IMG/VR virus record: IMGVR_UViG_3300049460_000196
Coordinates: 1-64,000 of that record
Length of the DNA: 64,000 bases
Strand: one strand, 5' to 3'
From: a virus
Positions 40,207 to 49,159 of the stretch are shown piece by piece (within the stretch, counting starts at the first letter, position 1; each line of letters starts with the position of its first letter). Below the pieces are notes generated by a model. It did no database searches and was not told where the DNA came from. It saw only the letters and a program-made list of their open reading frames with translations. Position numbers and translations under genes: made by a program.

Positions 40207-40233
40207 GAAAAGGGCCCACCGAAGTGAGCCCTT
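40207..40233 (-). terminator. terminator after the permuted-RNA pair
   Basis: AAGGGCTCAC-TTCG-GTGGGCCCTTTT. Confidence 0.75.
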
Positions 40234-40375
40234 GCGGGTTGTTTTGCCTTTAGGCCAGTGCATTAGACCACTCTGCCATCCTTGGGACGAAGCCTGAGGA
40301 GTGGGATTCGAACCCACGAAGTAAGCCTTGGCGAGGCTCCTTGCCGGCTTGTGTATTGTTTGCTGTACACAACCC
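40234..40375 (-). ncRNA. circularly permuted tRNA-like RNA 3 (Ser-like) with ACAGCAA module
   Basis: GGGTTGTG-TACAGCAA..AA-GCCGG, long variable arm, GTGGG-TTCGAAT-CCCAC, closed acceptor, TGGCAGAGTGGTCTAATGCA, CTGGC-CT..ACAACCC. Confidence 0.85.
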
Positions 40376-40381
40376 AAAATT

Positions 40382-40529
40382 AACAGGATCGCGATGGATT
40401 GAACCATCTTTTAGTCGGGCGCGTCTACCGGTTTCGCCACAGACGAAAGATTTCGCTTTCGCCCGGGAGGGCTCGAACCTCCATGCCTTGCGGCACCTGA
40501 TTTCCGTTTAGTGTTGCTGCATCGATCCT
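40382..40529 (-). ncRNA. circularly permuted tRNA-like RNA 4 (Leu-like) with GCAGCAA module
   Basis: AGGATCGA-TGCAGCAA..AA-TCAGG, TGCC-GCAA-GGCA arm, GGAGG-TTCGAGC-CCTCC, closed acceptor, TGGCGAAACCGGTAGACGCG, CCCGA-CT..CGATCCT-GTT. Confidence 0.85.
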
Positions 40530-40549
40530 AAAACTTGTTACTTGTCTGT

Positions 40550-40578
40550 ATTAGAACACGGCGTTTCTGGAGTGTCAA
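40550..40578 (-). promoter_or_regulatory. sigma70 promoter for permuted RNAs 4 and 3
   Basis: TTGACA-17 bp-TCTAAT about 20 nt upstream of RNA 4. Confidence 0.65.
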
Positions 40579-40752
40579 CCTGTGCGACAACTGGTTTTTC
40601 ATCTTTGTTATCATCTTTCTTACCAAAGATAGCATCCCAACCAGTACGATACTTGTCGCTTGATGGTTTCGTCACCAGTGCTTCGCCAGTCACATCATTA
40701 TAGTGCATGTCAGTTCCTTAAAACCCATATGATACATGACGATCTCGTGTCG

Positions 40753-41286
40753 TCAATATGTATCAAATACCAGATGTATTCGTGTTTGATCACTGGCATT
40801 TACTGCGGTGTGCATTTCATTTGTCTTAAAACGATACAAACGCCCCACCGTTACCATACGTTCAATCTTATCGGCATTTACGAAAAAGCATCTGGGATTA
40901 GTATCGATGGGAATATGATACCGGAACTCTTCAACATCACGATGCAATGTATAGCAAGTCTTTGGTTGCAAATACATGAAGCGAATACGCCCAATATTCA
41001 CATTGTCAATTACCGCTTGTGCTTTCACGGCATCAATCACAGTTTCCATATAGGTGCCATGGAAGTGTTGATTCAATATCGCGAAGTCATGTGTGAACCG
41101 ATCAAAGACATTCAAGTCGTAGTTAAACAGCGGGCCTACACTTGAGAACCATCCTGAATCAGTTTGGGAATGTGTTACTGATAATTGCTGCCAGGTTTGG
41201 AATTCTGGCAGCAATGTAATATCTGGAATCGTACTTTTGATTCGTTGAGCAGCAAAAGTATTGGGGGTGGCGGTGATTGATTTCAT
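40753..41286 (-). CDS. aspartyl/asparaginyl beta-hydroxylase-like 2OG-Fe(II) oxygenase
   Basis: GRIRFM.L.P...YTLHRD, RYHIPI.TN, HTAVN.S...RIHLV. Confidence 0.85.
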   Translation of the reverse strand: MKSITATPNTFAAQRIKSTIPDITLLPEFQTWQQLSVTHSQTDSGWFSSVGPLFNYDLNVFDRFTHDFAILNQHFHGTYMETVIDAVKAQAVIDNVNIGRIRFMYLQPKTCYTLHRDVEEFRYHIPIDTNPRCFFVNADKIERMVTVGRLYRFKTNEMHTAVNASDQTRIHLVFDTY

Positions 41287-41307
41287 ACGGGTATTTACCC
41301 GCTGGTA

Positions 41308-41565
41308 CTATTGCATTACCAGAACCTCGAAACCCAACTGCATCTTGTTCAACTCTGCAATCACATACGTGACGTAATCGAAATTTGGAACATTACGCAT
41401 TTGCGCCACCCGGGCGGCATCATCTGCGAATTTTACCAAACTATTGGCATCGCCGTCACTTACCTCATCAGGTATAGCCACCAAGACAAATTGTGGCGCA
41501 CGGCCCACCATTATGATACGCCGTACTGGCGTAATAGTGGCTTGGGGAATGTCTTTCAATTTCAT
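41308..41565 (-). CDS. hypothetical protein
   Basis: ORF. Confidence 0.55.
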   Translation of the reverse strand: MKLKDIPQATITPVRRIIMVGRAPQFVLVAIPDEVSDGDANSLVKFADDAARVAQMRNVPNFDYVTYVIAELNKMQLGFEVLVMQ

Positions 41566-41618
41566 TTTATCTTTCCGGCATTCAGGAAATCACATATTAC
41601 ATGGCACCAACCCAAAAA

Positions 41619-42224
41619 TCAAGTCTTAAATGAAAGATCATGTTCGACCTGTCTTGTCGCCCAAGCTCGTTCACTGCAATGAAAGCATTGACCACATGCT
41701 GGAATTGAGTCATGTTTCGGGCACGACCGAGTCAATTCCAATAATTCAGATAAGCCCAATGTCTCGTACAGGTAAATGGTTGCACGCTTATCGAAGGTAA
41801 CAAATGGAGTGGCATAACCACGATACTTATTATCCATCGCAGTTAAGGGACGAGATGGAGCTGGCCCCGTGTAATCCCAGTCAAACGGATTCTGGGTTAC
41901 ACCTGTGTACAGCCAATCCATAGTTTCCATCGTTTGATAGATGTCACGACGCAGCTTATTGTCGATCAACACGAACTCATGTTCACGAGACTTCAACTCT
42001 ACGTTGAATTGATTTTCTAACCAACCCAACGTATTGCTGATACTTGCATTCTTGAGACCATTACGGAAAACTGTATAGATCTTATCAGGCACCAACCCAT
42101 TTGCCAACAGTAGATACATGAGGATCACACTGTCAGCGCCACCGGAATACGAAATACCCGTTTGTCCTTCATGGATGGGTATTATCACATTCCGGTATGG
42201 AGTTGGATAAATGACTTCGCGCAT
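41619..42224 (-). CDS. QueC-like PP-loop ATPase
   Basis: SYSGGADS, PF...DK, TRSC, CGQCFHCSER. Confidence 0.8.
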   Translation of the reverse strand: MREVIYPTPYRNVIIPIHEGQTGISYSGGADSVILMYLLLANGLVPDKIYTVFRNGLKNASISNTLGWLENQFNVELKSREHEFVLIDNKLRRDIYQTMETMDWLYTGVTQNPFDWDYTGPAPSRPLTAMDNKYRGYATPFVTFDKRATIYLYETLGLSELLELTRSCPKHDSIPACGQCFHCSERAWATRQVEHDLSFKT

Positions 42225-43819
42225 TACGATTTGATACCTTTACTTTGCACCGATTCTTGGTCAACCTCTTCCAAGAATGTGAAAGACGAACTCGCACTCA
42301 ATTCATCCAACAGTGGTTTAATATCGCTACCGGTGGCTTCCTTCGTTGCCAGGAAGAAGTAGATGGGTGGCGACACGAAGGTAATACCTGGGCATTCCAG
42401 CGTAACTCGGAACCACATTTGTTTCACCAGTACACCAACTCCCAAATCTGCATTTGGGTCAATACGAATTTGAACCACGCCCGTGTTAGTCACGAATGAT
42501 TTACTCATGATTGCTTCGATGGACTCGTTACCATACGATAACGAGAAGACTGCATTTTCGCCATTGGCTTGTGCCAACGTACTGGCCGGCATCAACATCT
42601 TGATGTCAACAAACATGCTATCATCCATTCCCAACACTTCAACACCCAGATATTGAATATTGTCATCTGGTAATGAGCTAGTATCTGGACGGTGCAAAAG
42701 CTTATTCTCAGCTTGCGACACATTGGTTTGCAAAATCAACGCATTCAATGTTGCGTCGTCGATGATGGCTTTGGTAACATCAGCTGACAATGGAGCACTT
42801 GAACGCAAACTATACAAGACACTTGCGACACCACTAACAAAAGCTGCCGAGAACGACGAACCAGTATTGGTGCTATATTGATTCGTTGTATTGATAGTTG
42901 GCACCGCAACCATGTCACCTGGTGCATATATGTCAATCTTTTTATTCACGCCATATACGTTGTAGAGCGCACGATCATCTTTCGAACTGGCGGCTACCGT
43001 AAACACACCTGGAATACCAGCTGGGGTAACATCGTCAATGTTGAGATCACTATTGCCAGCCGCAGCTACCACCGTGATACCAGCAGCCAAGAGGGCTGCG
43101 ATCTTTTCATCCAAGTAGGCACTACGCGGAATAGCCCAGCTCAGATTGACTACCTTTGGCACTGTTAGGGTGCTTGTGTGGTGAGATAAGATGGCGTCAA
43201 AGATGTCACCCAATTCACCAAGGGTTGGTTTGCGATCTTTGCTGCTGATCTTAACATTGCTGATTGTTGCGTGTGGATTCATACCCAATGTCGCACCTGC
43301 CACCAATGCCGCGATGGCGGTGCCGTGACCCAAGTCATCAGTGCCATCAGTATAGAAAGGCACGGAGAACAAGTCTTCAATAGCTGTATTGGCAAATTCA
43401 GCATGGGTGGCATCGATACCACTGTCCACGATGATCACTTCGACGGGACGTTGAGGTGTGATGTCGGCAAAATATGGATTAGGGATGAATGGACGATATC
43501 GATTTGCGATGCGATTTTCTGCCCATTTGTTAACTGTGTCATCAGCCAACATCTTGATAGGAGCATCAAATGGCTCCATCACTTCGCCTGCTTTGATGCG
43601 TGGAACTGGATCTGCTTCTTCCTCGGTGACCCAGGTACCGTCATCTTTACGGACGTGGAATTGAATGGCGTCGCCTTCAGTTTCCACTGTATCGATCCCA
43701 TCAAATTGTAGAGCAAGATTGATTAAGCCAATGTTTACTTTGTCAATAGATACTTCTCCGGTCATTGCCAGAAAAGCTGCTTCACGTTCCGATGTTTTGA
43801 ATGTGAGTTTTAAGAACAT
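42224..43819 (-). CDS. S8 subtilisin-like serine protease
   Basis: IVDSG, GHGT, VNLS, AAAGN, TGSSFSA; start trimmed to MFLK after GAGGA. Confidence 0.92.
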   Translation of the reverse strand: MFLKLTFKTSEREAAFLAMTGEVSIDKVNIGLINLALQFDGIDTVETEGDAIQFHVRKDDGTWVTEEEADPVPRIKAGEVMEPFDAPIKMLADDTVNKWAENRIANRYRPFIPNPYFADITPQRPVEVIIVDSGIDATHAEFANTAIEDLFSVPFYTDGTDDLGHGTAIAALVAGATLGMNPHATISNVKISSKDRKPTLGELGDIFDAILSHHTSTLTVPKVVNLSWAIPRSAYLDEKIAALLAAGITVVAAAGNSDLNIDDVTPAGIPGVFTVAASSKDDRALYNVYGVNKKIDIYAPGDMVAVPTINTTNQYSTNTGSSFSAAFVSGVASVLYSLRSSAPLSADVTKAIIDDATLNALILQTNVSQAENKLLHRPDTSSLPDDNIQYLGVEVLGMDDSMFVDIKMLMPASTLAQANGENAVFSLSYGNESIEAIMSKSFVTNTGVVQIRIDPNADLGVGVLVKQMWFRVTLECPGITFVSPPIYFFLATKEATGSDIKPLLDELSASSSFTFLEEVDQESVQSKGIKS

Positions 43820-43820
43820 G

Positions 43821-44762
43821 TTATTCCTCTTTATTAATTTGGGCAAGCGCATGGCGCTCGCGTAGAACTTCCGTGATCTCTTCTGGAAGCTCCAATAAAC
43901 TATCGTATTCTGGATACTTACTGTGATGCGGTAATCTGAAAAACTTTTCAAATGCCCAGCCATCACCAGTCATATTGGCAAAATGTTCTTTCACCAATTC
44001 AAACCCTGTATACTTCTGTTGCTGTGGAATAACACTCAAACCCAATCTGTGCATACCGGTCACCTTCGCGATGTAGCGAAGTGCGATATCGGTTGGCATA
44101 TCGGGCTGAAACAGCATGAAAGGTAAGGCGATGTCAAGTGTATATCCAAGGAAATTTCCTACCAAAGGATATTTATTGATTTCAGCAAACGTCATCCAGA
44201 CACTATGACTGCGATTGGAAATGAACTCCCATTTGCCATCTCTTATACATGGTGGATTGCCGCCGCAAATAATAGCTGATGGAGCAAACCGTTCAATCAG
44301 CATTTCGTAGAAACGGCAATGGGCAGATAGCTGTGGCGATGGACAGTTGTATTTGACCACATAGGATGGAAGGTCGCGGCCCAGAAAACTCAATATGTTG
44401 AAGTCAACCAGCGTGTACTTGAATCTATGTGTTGTGCAAAAGGTGATGGCGGAAGAAACGTCATGGATATTCAGGTCATCACGAAATTGCATAATCACAA
44501 TGGTGAATTTCACATTAGCTCGTCGCAGCAAAAGGCATGCCGCCTGACTGTCAATCCCACCACTCAAGGCAACATATATGTTTGGCCCCAAAGATGCGGA
44601 AACGCTTGCTATTGACGCCTGCTGACGAGCCAGGAGTTCGGAAGGGATATAAGCACCAGTAAGTATATCAAATTGAGCGCCAGCTGACATCCGCCAAACC
44701 AGTTTGTTGACTGGTTCGACCGTGGGGGACAACCATTTTTCATGAAAAATACCTGGGGTCAT
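43821..44762 (-). CDS. PP-loop (asparagine-synthase-like) adenine nucleotide alpha-hydrolase
   Basis: VALSGGIDS, KYTGFE. Confidence 0.7.
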   Translation of the reverse strand: MTPGIFHEKWLSPTVEPVNKLVWRMSAGAQFDILTGAYIPSELLARQQASIASVSASLGPNIYVALSGGIDSQAACLLLRRANVKFTIVIMQFRDDLNIHDVSSAITFCTTHRFKYTLVDFNILSFLGRDLPSYVVKYNCPSPQLSAHCRFYEMLIERFAPSAIICGGNPPCIRDGKWEFISNRSHSVWMTFAEINKYPLVGNFLGYTLDIALPFMLFQPDMPTDIALRYIAKVTGMHRLGLSVIPQQQKYTGFELVKEHFANMTGDGWAFEKFFRLPHHSKYPEYDSLLELPEEITEVLRERHALAQINKEE

Positions 44763-44809
44763 TATGATATTTATAATACTTTATTAGCATATTATTGTAC
44801 TAATGCAAC

Positions 44810-45472
44810 ATGATAAATATGAATATGATAAATCTCAATAACTTTAAGGGCATTATTGACTGGCCCACCTTTGGTTTCCTGCATAATGACAACATGCTGA
44901 GTGACGAAGATTTCGCACTCTTGAACGCATATGACTTCCGCAATTGCCAATTACCAGCAGCTGAAGGCAATCGACGAATGAAACAATTCTGGTTGAATCA
45001 ACCGTTCGACGAAAGTGATCCGGTTGAAATGCTGATCAAGCGATTGCTGACTCAACTCAATAGTTGGGACGTACTAAAAAAGTTGATTGAAGATTCTTTG
45101 GCGGCAAACAATCTGGTACCAAGTGATGTCTGGAATGGCACTATCGAGGACGTCGAATCACATTATCTGGGTGTCTTCTGTGCATTCAATGAAGACTCAG
45201 ATGCCTATTACCTGAAGCCACATCGAGACTCTCGCCCAGTAATGCAGCTTTACATCAGCCCAGATGGAGCACCGGTTGGTACACGTTTTCATGTGATGGA
45301 AGATCACAGTATAATGAAACAATTACCATTCAAGGCCAATACGGGATATTTTCAGCTACCATTGAAGCGCGGGGTTCATAGTGCCATGGGTGCGGACGGA
45401 GTCACGCGGCGGTCATTGCTGTTCGGTTGGAACATGATGTATAGCAATAATCTACACCATCGAAATATATGA
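44810..45472 (+). CDS. 2OG-Fe(II) oxygenase-like protein
   Basis: YYLKPHRD, QLYI, GTRF, PFKANTGY, HS, RRSL. Confidence 0.75.
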   Translation: MINMNMINLNNFKGIIDWPTFGFLHNDNMLSDEDFALLNAYDFRNCQLPAAEGNRRMKQFWLNQPFDESDPVEMLIKRLLTQLNSWDVLKKLIEDSLAANNLVPSDVWNGTIEDVESHYLGVFCAFNEDSDAYYLKPHRDSRPVMQLYISPDGAPVGTRFHVMEDHSIMKQLPFKANTGYFQLPLKRGVHSAMGADGVTRRSLLFGWNMMYSNNLHHRNI

Positions 45473-45551
45473 AGAAAGCCCGGAATTTGCTGAGTGGTTA
45501 ACCAGTCATGCGATCCAGTTCAAAACTGAGGTACCGTTCAAGAACCATCTA

Positions 45552-45779
45552 TTGGGAGTCACATATTATGCTGATTTTGTTTTTGACCATCTGAAGTTGA
45601 TTATTGAACTTGATGGTCGGCAACATCACCAAACTGTTGAATATGATTCCCGACGAGATGCGTATATTACCGCCAACTACGGGCTAAATGTGATTCGCAT
45701 AACTGCAAAGGAATATTTCAATAAAACAAGGGTCTCAGAGATTGAGACCCTTTTGATGCTACGCGGGGCAGGTCATTAG
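45552..45779 (+). CDS. DUF559/Vsr-like PD-(D/E)xK endonuclease, possibly N-truncated (frame open to ~45438 without ATG)
   Basis: YADF..LKLIIELDGRQH..YD.RRD..G.NVIR. Confidence 0.75.
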   Translation: MGVTYYADFVFDHLKLIIELDGRQHHQTVEYDSRRDAYITANYGLNVIRITAKEYFNKTRVSEIETLLMLRGAGH

Positions 45780-45877
45780 ACCGTCCGAGGGGATTCGAAC
45801 CCCTATTCCCAGCTCCAATTACGCTTCATGAGGTAGAAGCTCACGGCGGCTACAGACGGTCTAATGACCCGCTCCCG
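45764..45877 (-). ncRNA. D-armless tRNA-Arg(UCU)-like RNA with long extended acceptor helix and no CCA
   Basis: GTGAG-CTTCTAC-CTCAT, AGGGG-TTCGAAT-CCCCT, >20-bp terminal inverted repeat. Confidence 0.7.
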
Positions 45878-45898
45878 ATGTGGGAACAGGTCGGAGGA

Positions 45899-46231
45899 TT
45901 ACGATCCCAGGCGTTGATCCTTGTAGCACTCTGGGCAGTACGGAATATGACGAGTCTTGCCAGTCACAGCCAGATGATACGGATCGGCCACCACGTCATC
46001 AGTCGTGACGCTATGTGTTTTGCAGTGATGGGCAGTTGGCAGAGTATCGCCGCGGATAACTTTAGCCACCGTACCTGGGGTGACCAGATATTGTTCACGT
46101 GGGCCACCGTTAACGATGAAGTTACCGATTTTGGAATTTTCGAACAGGCCGAAGCCTTTGATTTTCAGATGGGTCTTGCCGATGACGTACTCGTAAGTTT
46201 TTTCGTCGACAGTAATTTTGCGATAAGACAT
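45899..46231 (-). CDS. hypothetical protein
   Basis: GAGG RBS; C-terminal CPEC. Confidence 0.6.
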   Translation of the reverse strand: MSYRKITVDEKTYEYVIGKTHLKIKGFGLFENSKIGNFIVNGGPREQYLVTPGTVAKVIRGDTLPTAHHCKTHSVTTDDVVADPYHLAVTGKTRHIPYCPECYKDQRLGS

Positions 46232-46268
46232 TGTGATACCTCACTAAAAAGTGGTTGGGGTGAAACAT

Positions 46269-46348
46269 TGGTGCGCTTGTGTGGACTTGAACCACAGTGC
46301 GGGTGCAGCAAAAAACCGCCCCTGTTCTACCAGTTGAACTACAATCGC
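46269..46348 (-). tRNA. atypical tRNA with lengthened anticodon arm and U-run loop (Lys-like or undetermined)
   Basis: D-arm GTTC-AACTGGTA-GAAC, GGGGCGG-TTTTTT-GCTGCACCC, T-arm, ACCA. Confidence 0.65.
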
Positions 46349-46387
46349 CATATACAACAAAAGCCGCTTGCGCGGCTTAGTTATTTA

Positions 46388-47575
46388 GTACCACTGAGAT
46401 TACATGGTCCTCGTTGACGCTTCGAACATTATTAGCCAGGATTGCGTCCCAACCTTCTTTCGATATCCACTAGAGCCCCTTTCGGGTAATCTAGTACGCC
46501 AACATCATCGCCGTTTTAAGTCAGGCAGTAGACTTGACACAGGGTGCTATTCTACGACTTTCCATCCGTTGACATTCGACTGCCATTAGAGCTTGCGGGC
46601 CCTACGAACTTCTTTTCATAAACCAACTAGGCCTTGCGAGCTTCGCTGAACTTGATTAACTTTCGTCTCAAGTATTAGATGATTTTCACACCCTGCCGAG
46701 GTAGACTTTGCATTTTGTATAAGTAAACGGTTTGATCGTTCGCTCTTTCTCCAATGAAAGTGCCATTTCTGGCGTGCAACTCACTGCGACGTGCTACCTC
46801 AGCTGCTCCAAAGTCTTTTGGACTCCAGAATACAACACGCCACGTATCTTTCGCCTCGCGGGCTACCGGATCGTCTTTCTCGACTAATGTCCACACCCTT
46901 GCGGATAGTCCACCAACCGATAAAACTGCATCATACCTCTTGGGTGCGACCCCTCGAAACATAACACTACCTTTCCCCGTACAAGATGGCAAGTTGGATT
47001 TGTGATGAGACTCGGCTCCCGCCATGTTCTCCCTCAACTGATGTTCCCTAACGAGCAAGCCCGCTAGGCATCTAAGCCAAGGTTCTTTCCATCACTCTTG
47101 CGTCCCAATTATCTCCAGGATAACCTGAAGTGCTTCCTTTCGGAAGCCGGGTCGGCTTGCATAACAGAACCACTTGCATGGCGCGGCTGCGTGAGCTTGA
47201 CCGCTTTCCCCGGGTTGCCCCGGCTCTTCCTTCCAATATACGGCAAGCCGTATACCGTGGAGCTATGCCCCCAAAACTTGTTTTACTCATAAATTCTACA
47301 AATACCCATTAAAGGAACGGCTGATACTAATGGAGCGACCATTATAAGGTTGCGAACCTCGCAGTGAACAAGTCACCGGCATATCAACTATGCGTTAGTA
47401 TCGTCAGGCAGCCGCACTGGCTGTTACTCCCTATTGTCCACCCGCACACGGAACAATCAACTACCGCGGTCAGGTCGCGTGCCATCAGGCAGTAGGTAAT
47501 TGACGGCTAGGATTTACACCTAGTACGTTCCATTAATGAATACTCAGAAAACACATGAGTAAAACAAATTGCTTA
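46388..47575 (-). ncRNA. large structured ncRNA, GOLLD-like
   Basis: ~1.2 kb with no credible ORF, many GNRA-capped hairpins, long-range helices 47278-90/47556-68, 3' GTAATCTCAG, next to a tRNA, own promoter. Confidence 0.65.
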
Positions 47576-47590
47576 AATTGTCCAAGAACA
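47575..47590 (-). promoter_or_regulatory. boxA-like antitermination element
   Basis: TGTTCTTGGACAATTT versus rrn boxA TGCTCTTTAACAATTT. Confidence 0.55.
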
Positions 47591-47643
47591 TTTTGTTACG
47601 TTGCTTTGTAACCAGTGCTGCGTTGTGCATCACCACAGAACGT

Positions 47644-47672
47644 ATTCTAAAGAAGCCATTTACATCCGTCAA
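47644..47672 (-). promoter_or_regulatory. strong sigma70 promoter of the large ncRNA
   Basis: TTGACG-17 bp-TAGAAT with AT-rich UP-like region. Confidence 0.75.
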
Positions 47673-47735
47673 TACTTTTTTAGAAATAATTTACTTCTTT
47701 TTGCCAACTTATCAAAACACTAGTAACCACGAGCA

Positions 47736-48101
47736 TTAGTCCATGCCTGGATCTGGTGGCCTGTTGGGATCAGCATAGAACACATGGCGATCTTCAGCAA
47801 ATTTCCAAGCCTGAACATTACACACTAGACGAAGCATTACTACATCCGCAGGTGCCAAATCTTCTATGATGTAATAGTGGGTGTTGATACTGCGTGGATC
47901 AACACCTGCTAACTGGACACGTTGCTCGCGCCACAGTTTGCGAATATCATCCACACTCCAGTGGTCTAACCGATCACCCAGATAGCACGTTGAGTAGGCA
48001 TAATACCAGCGATCAGGAAACAGCCCGTCAAGGATTTCATGCAAACGCACGCACTCCACATAGGTGTGCTTGGCAGTGACACGGTTGTTGAGTAATGACA
48101 T
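47736..48101 (-). CDS. hypothetical protein
   Basis: ORF. Confidence 0.55.
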   Translation of the reverse strand: MSLLNNRVTAKHTYVECVRLHEILDGLFPDRWYYAYSTCYLGDRLDHWSVDDIRKLWREQRVQLAGVDPRSINTHYYIIEDLAPADVVMLRLVCNVQAWKFAEDRHVFYADPNRPPDPGMD

Positions 48102-48299
48102 CAGCCCAGCTTATTGTAGGCCATGAACAGTTCAGCGGCCAGCTCACATGCAGCCAAGATCAGGATGAAGATGCTCTCGTCAAAACTGACGAGACTTTTG
48201 GTGTTCATGTAGAGGTAGACGAATGCGAACAACATATTATTCTTATTCTTATCGTGTGAAGATGTTCAAGGGCCACTATGGGTGTGGCCCTTCTCAAAA

Positions 48300-48692
48300 T
48301 TATTCAAATTCCTGGTAGCATACAACCCGCTGCACAACACCATCGATAAACACAACAGCATCATCGCCATGTTTTGCTTTCCACAGTTGGGCGAAAGCAT
48401 CAAGGCTCAGATTGGTGGCATTGCGGGCATTATGAATATGAGTTGCATGCGACAAACTCAAAGTGCGTTCATGTATCCAGTCACGGGTGATGGGCAATTC
48501 CACTAACCCATTGACTTGCTGTTTCAGCTCAAGAAAATGAACTTGATACGCATCACCAAGAACATATTGTTTGATGCATGCCACCAGTTGCGGATTGTGC
48601 CGAAACGCTTTCCCTGCCTGCTTATGTCGGGTCAACTCACTAATCAATACGGGCACTACTTCATTAGGTATACGTTTTTGCTCAGTATTCAT
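48300..48692 (-). CDS. hypothetical protein
   Basis: start trimmed to MNTEQ, directly after the RNase P RNA. Confidence 0.55.
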   Translation of the reverse strand: MNTEQKRIPNEVVPVLISELTRHKQAGKAFRHNPQLVACIKQYVLGDAYQVHFLELKQQVNGLVELPITRDWIHERTLSLSHATHIHNARNATNLSLDAFAQLWKAKHGDDAVVFIDGVVQRVVCYQEFE

Positions 48693-48693
48693 G

Positions 48694-49054
48694 GTTTCCA
48701 ACGCCTCATAGCCGGGGTTCTGGTTCTCTTCCATCATTCATCTATGAGCATTACTGCTCATCCTCGCCGCCTTTCAAAACGGGTCATAGGTGCTACAACC
48801 CAGGCACTCGTCAGGTGGAGTCAACATGCCCTGTTTGTATTGCTGCGGAATCGTTGTGGTACAAGCGAAGCTTTTCCGTTCCCTATCTGATATCGAGTCG
48901 TTCAACACGGAGAACGGGGCACCGCAGAAGACACTTAGGCACATATATCAGTCAGTTTATCATTACTAGCTTCTCCCAACAGAGCGATAGCCCTACCTTG
49001 TGCAGCCCCGAACTTCCTCAAGCTTTCGCCTGCGATGGATCGAGCGTTGGAAAC
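48694..49054 (-). ncRNA. rnpB: RNase P RNA
   Basis: P1 GTTTCCAACGC/GCGTTGGAAAC; GAGGAAGTTCGGGGCT (P4 5'), TAGATGAATGAT, CAGAACCCCGGCTAT (P4 3'); ~360 nt. Confidence 0.88.
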
Positions 49055-49159
49055 TGTCGCCAGTATAAATGCTTTCCAGATTCGTATCAAGGATTATTTG
49101 ACGCCATGTGAAAACTTGATTACAAGGCTTTCGATAAATACTGTTTTAATGAGGTATTC

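Noticed and set aside
39388-40529. CRISPR array or simple tRNA pseudogene debris
   Set aside because: No identical repeats with regular spacers. The ordered permutation, covarying terminal helices and dedicated promoter/terminator argue against debris.
41619-42224. Bona fide queC / DNA deazaguanine pathway
   Set aside because: Divergent sequence and no partner genes in the window; called QueC-like only.
46675-47312. ORFs inside the large non-coding region
   Set aside because: No RBS or phage-like codon usage; the sequence is dominated by hairpins of a structured RNA.
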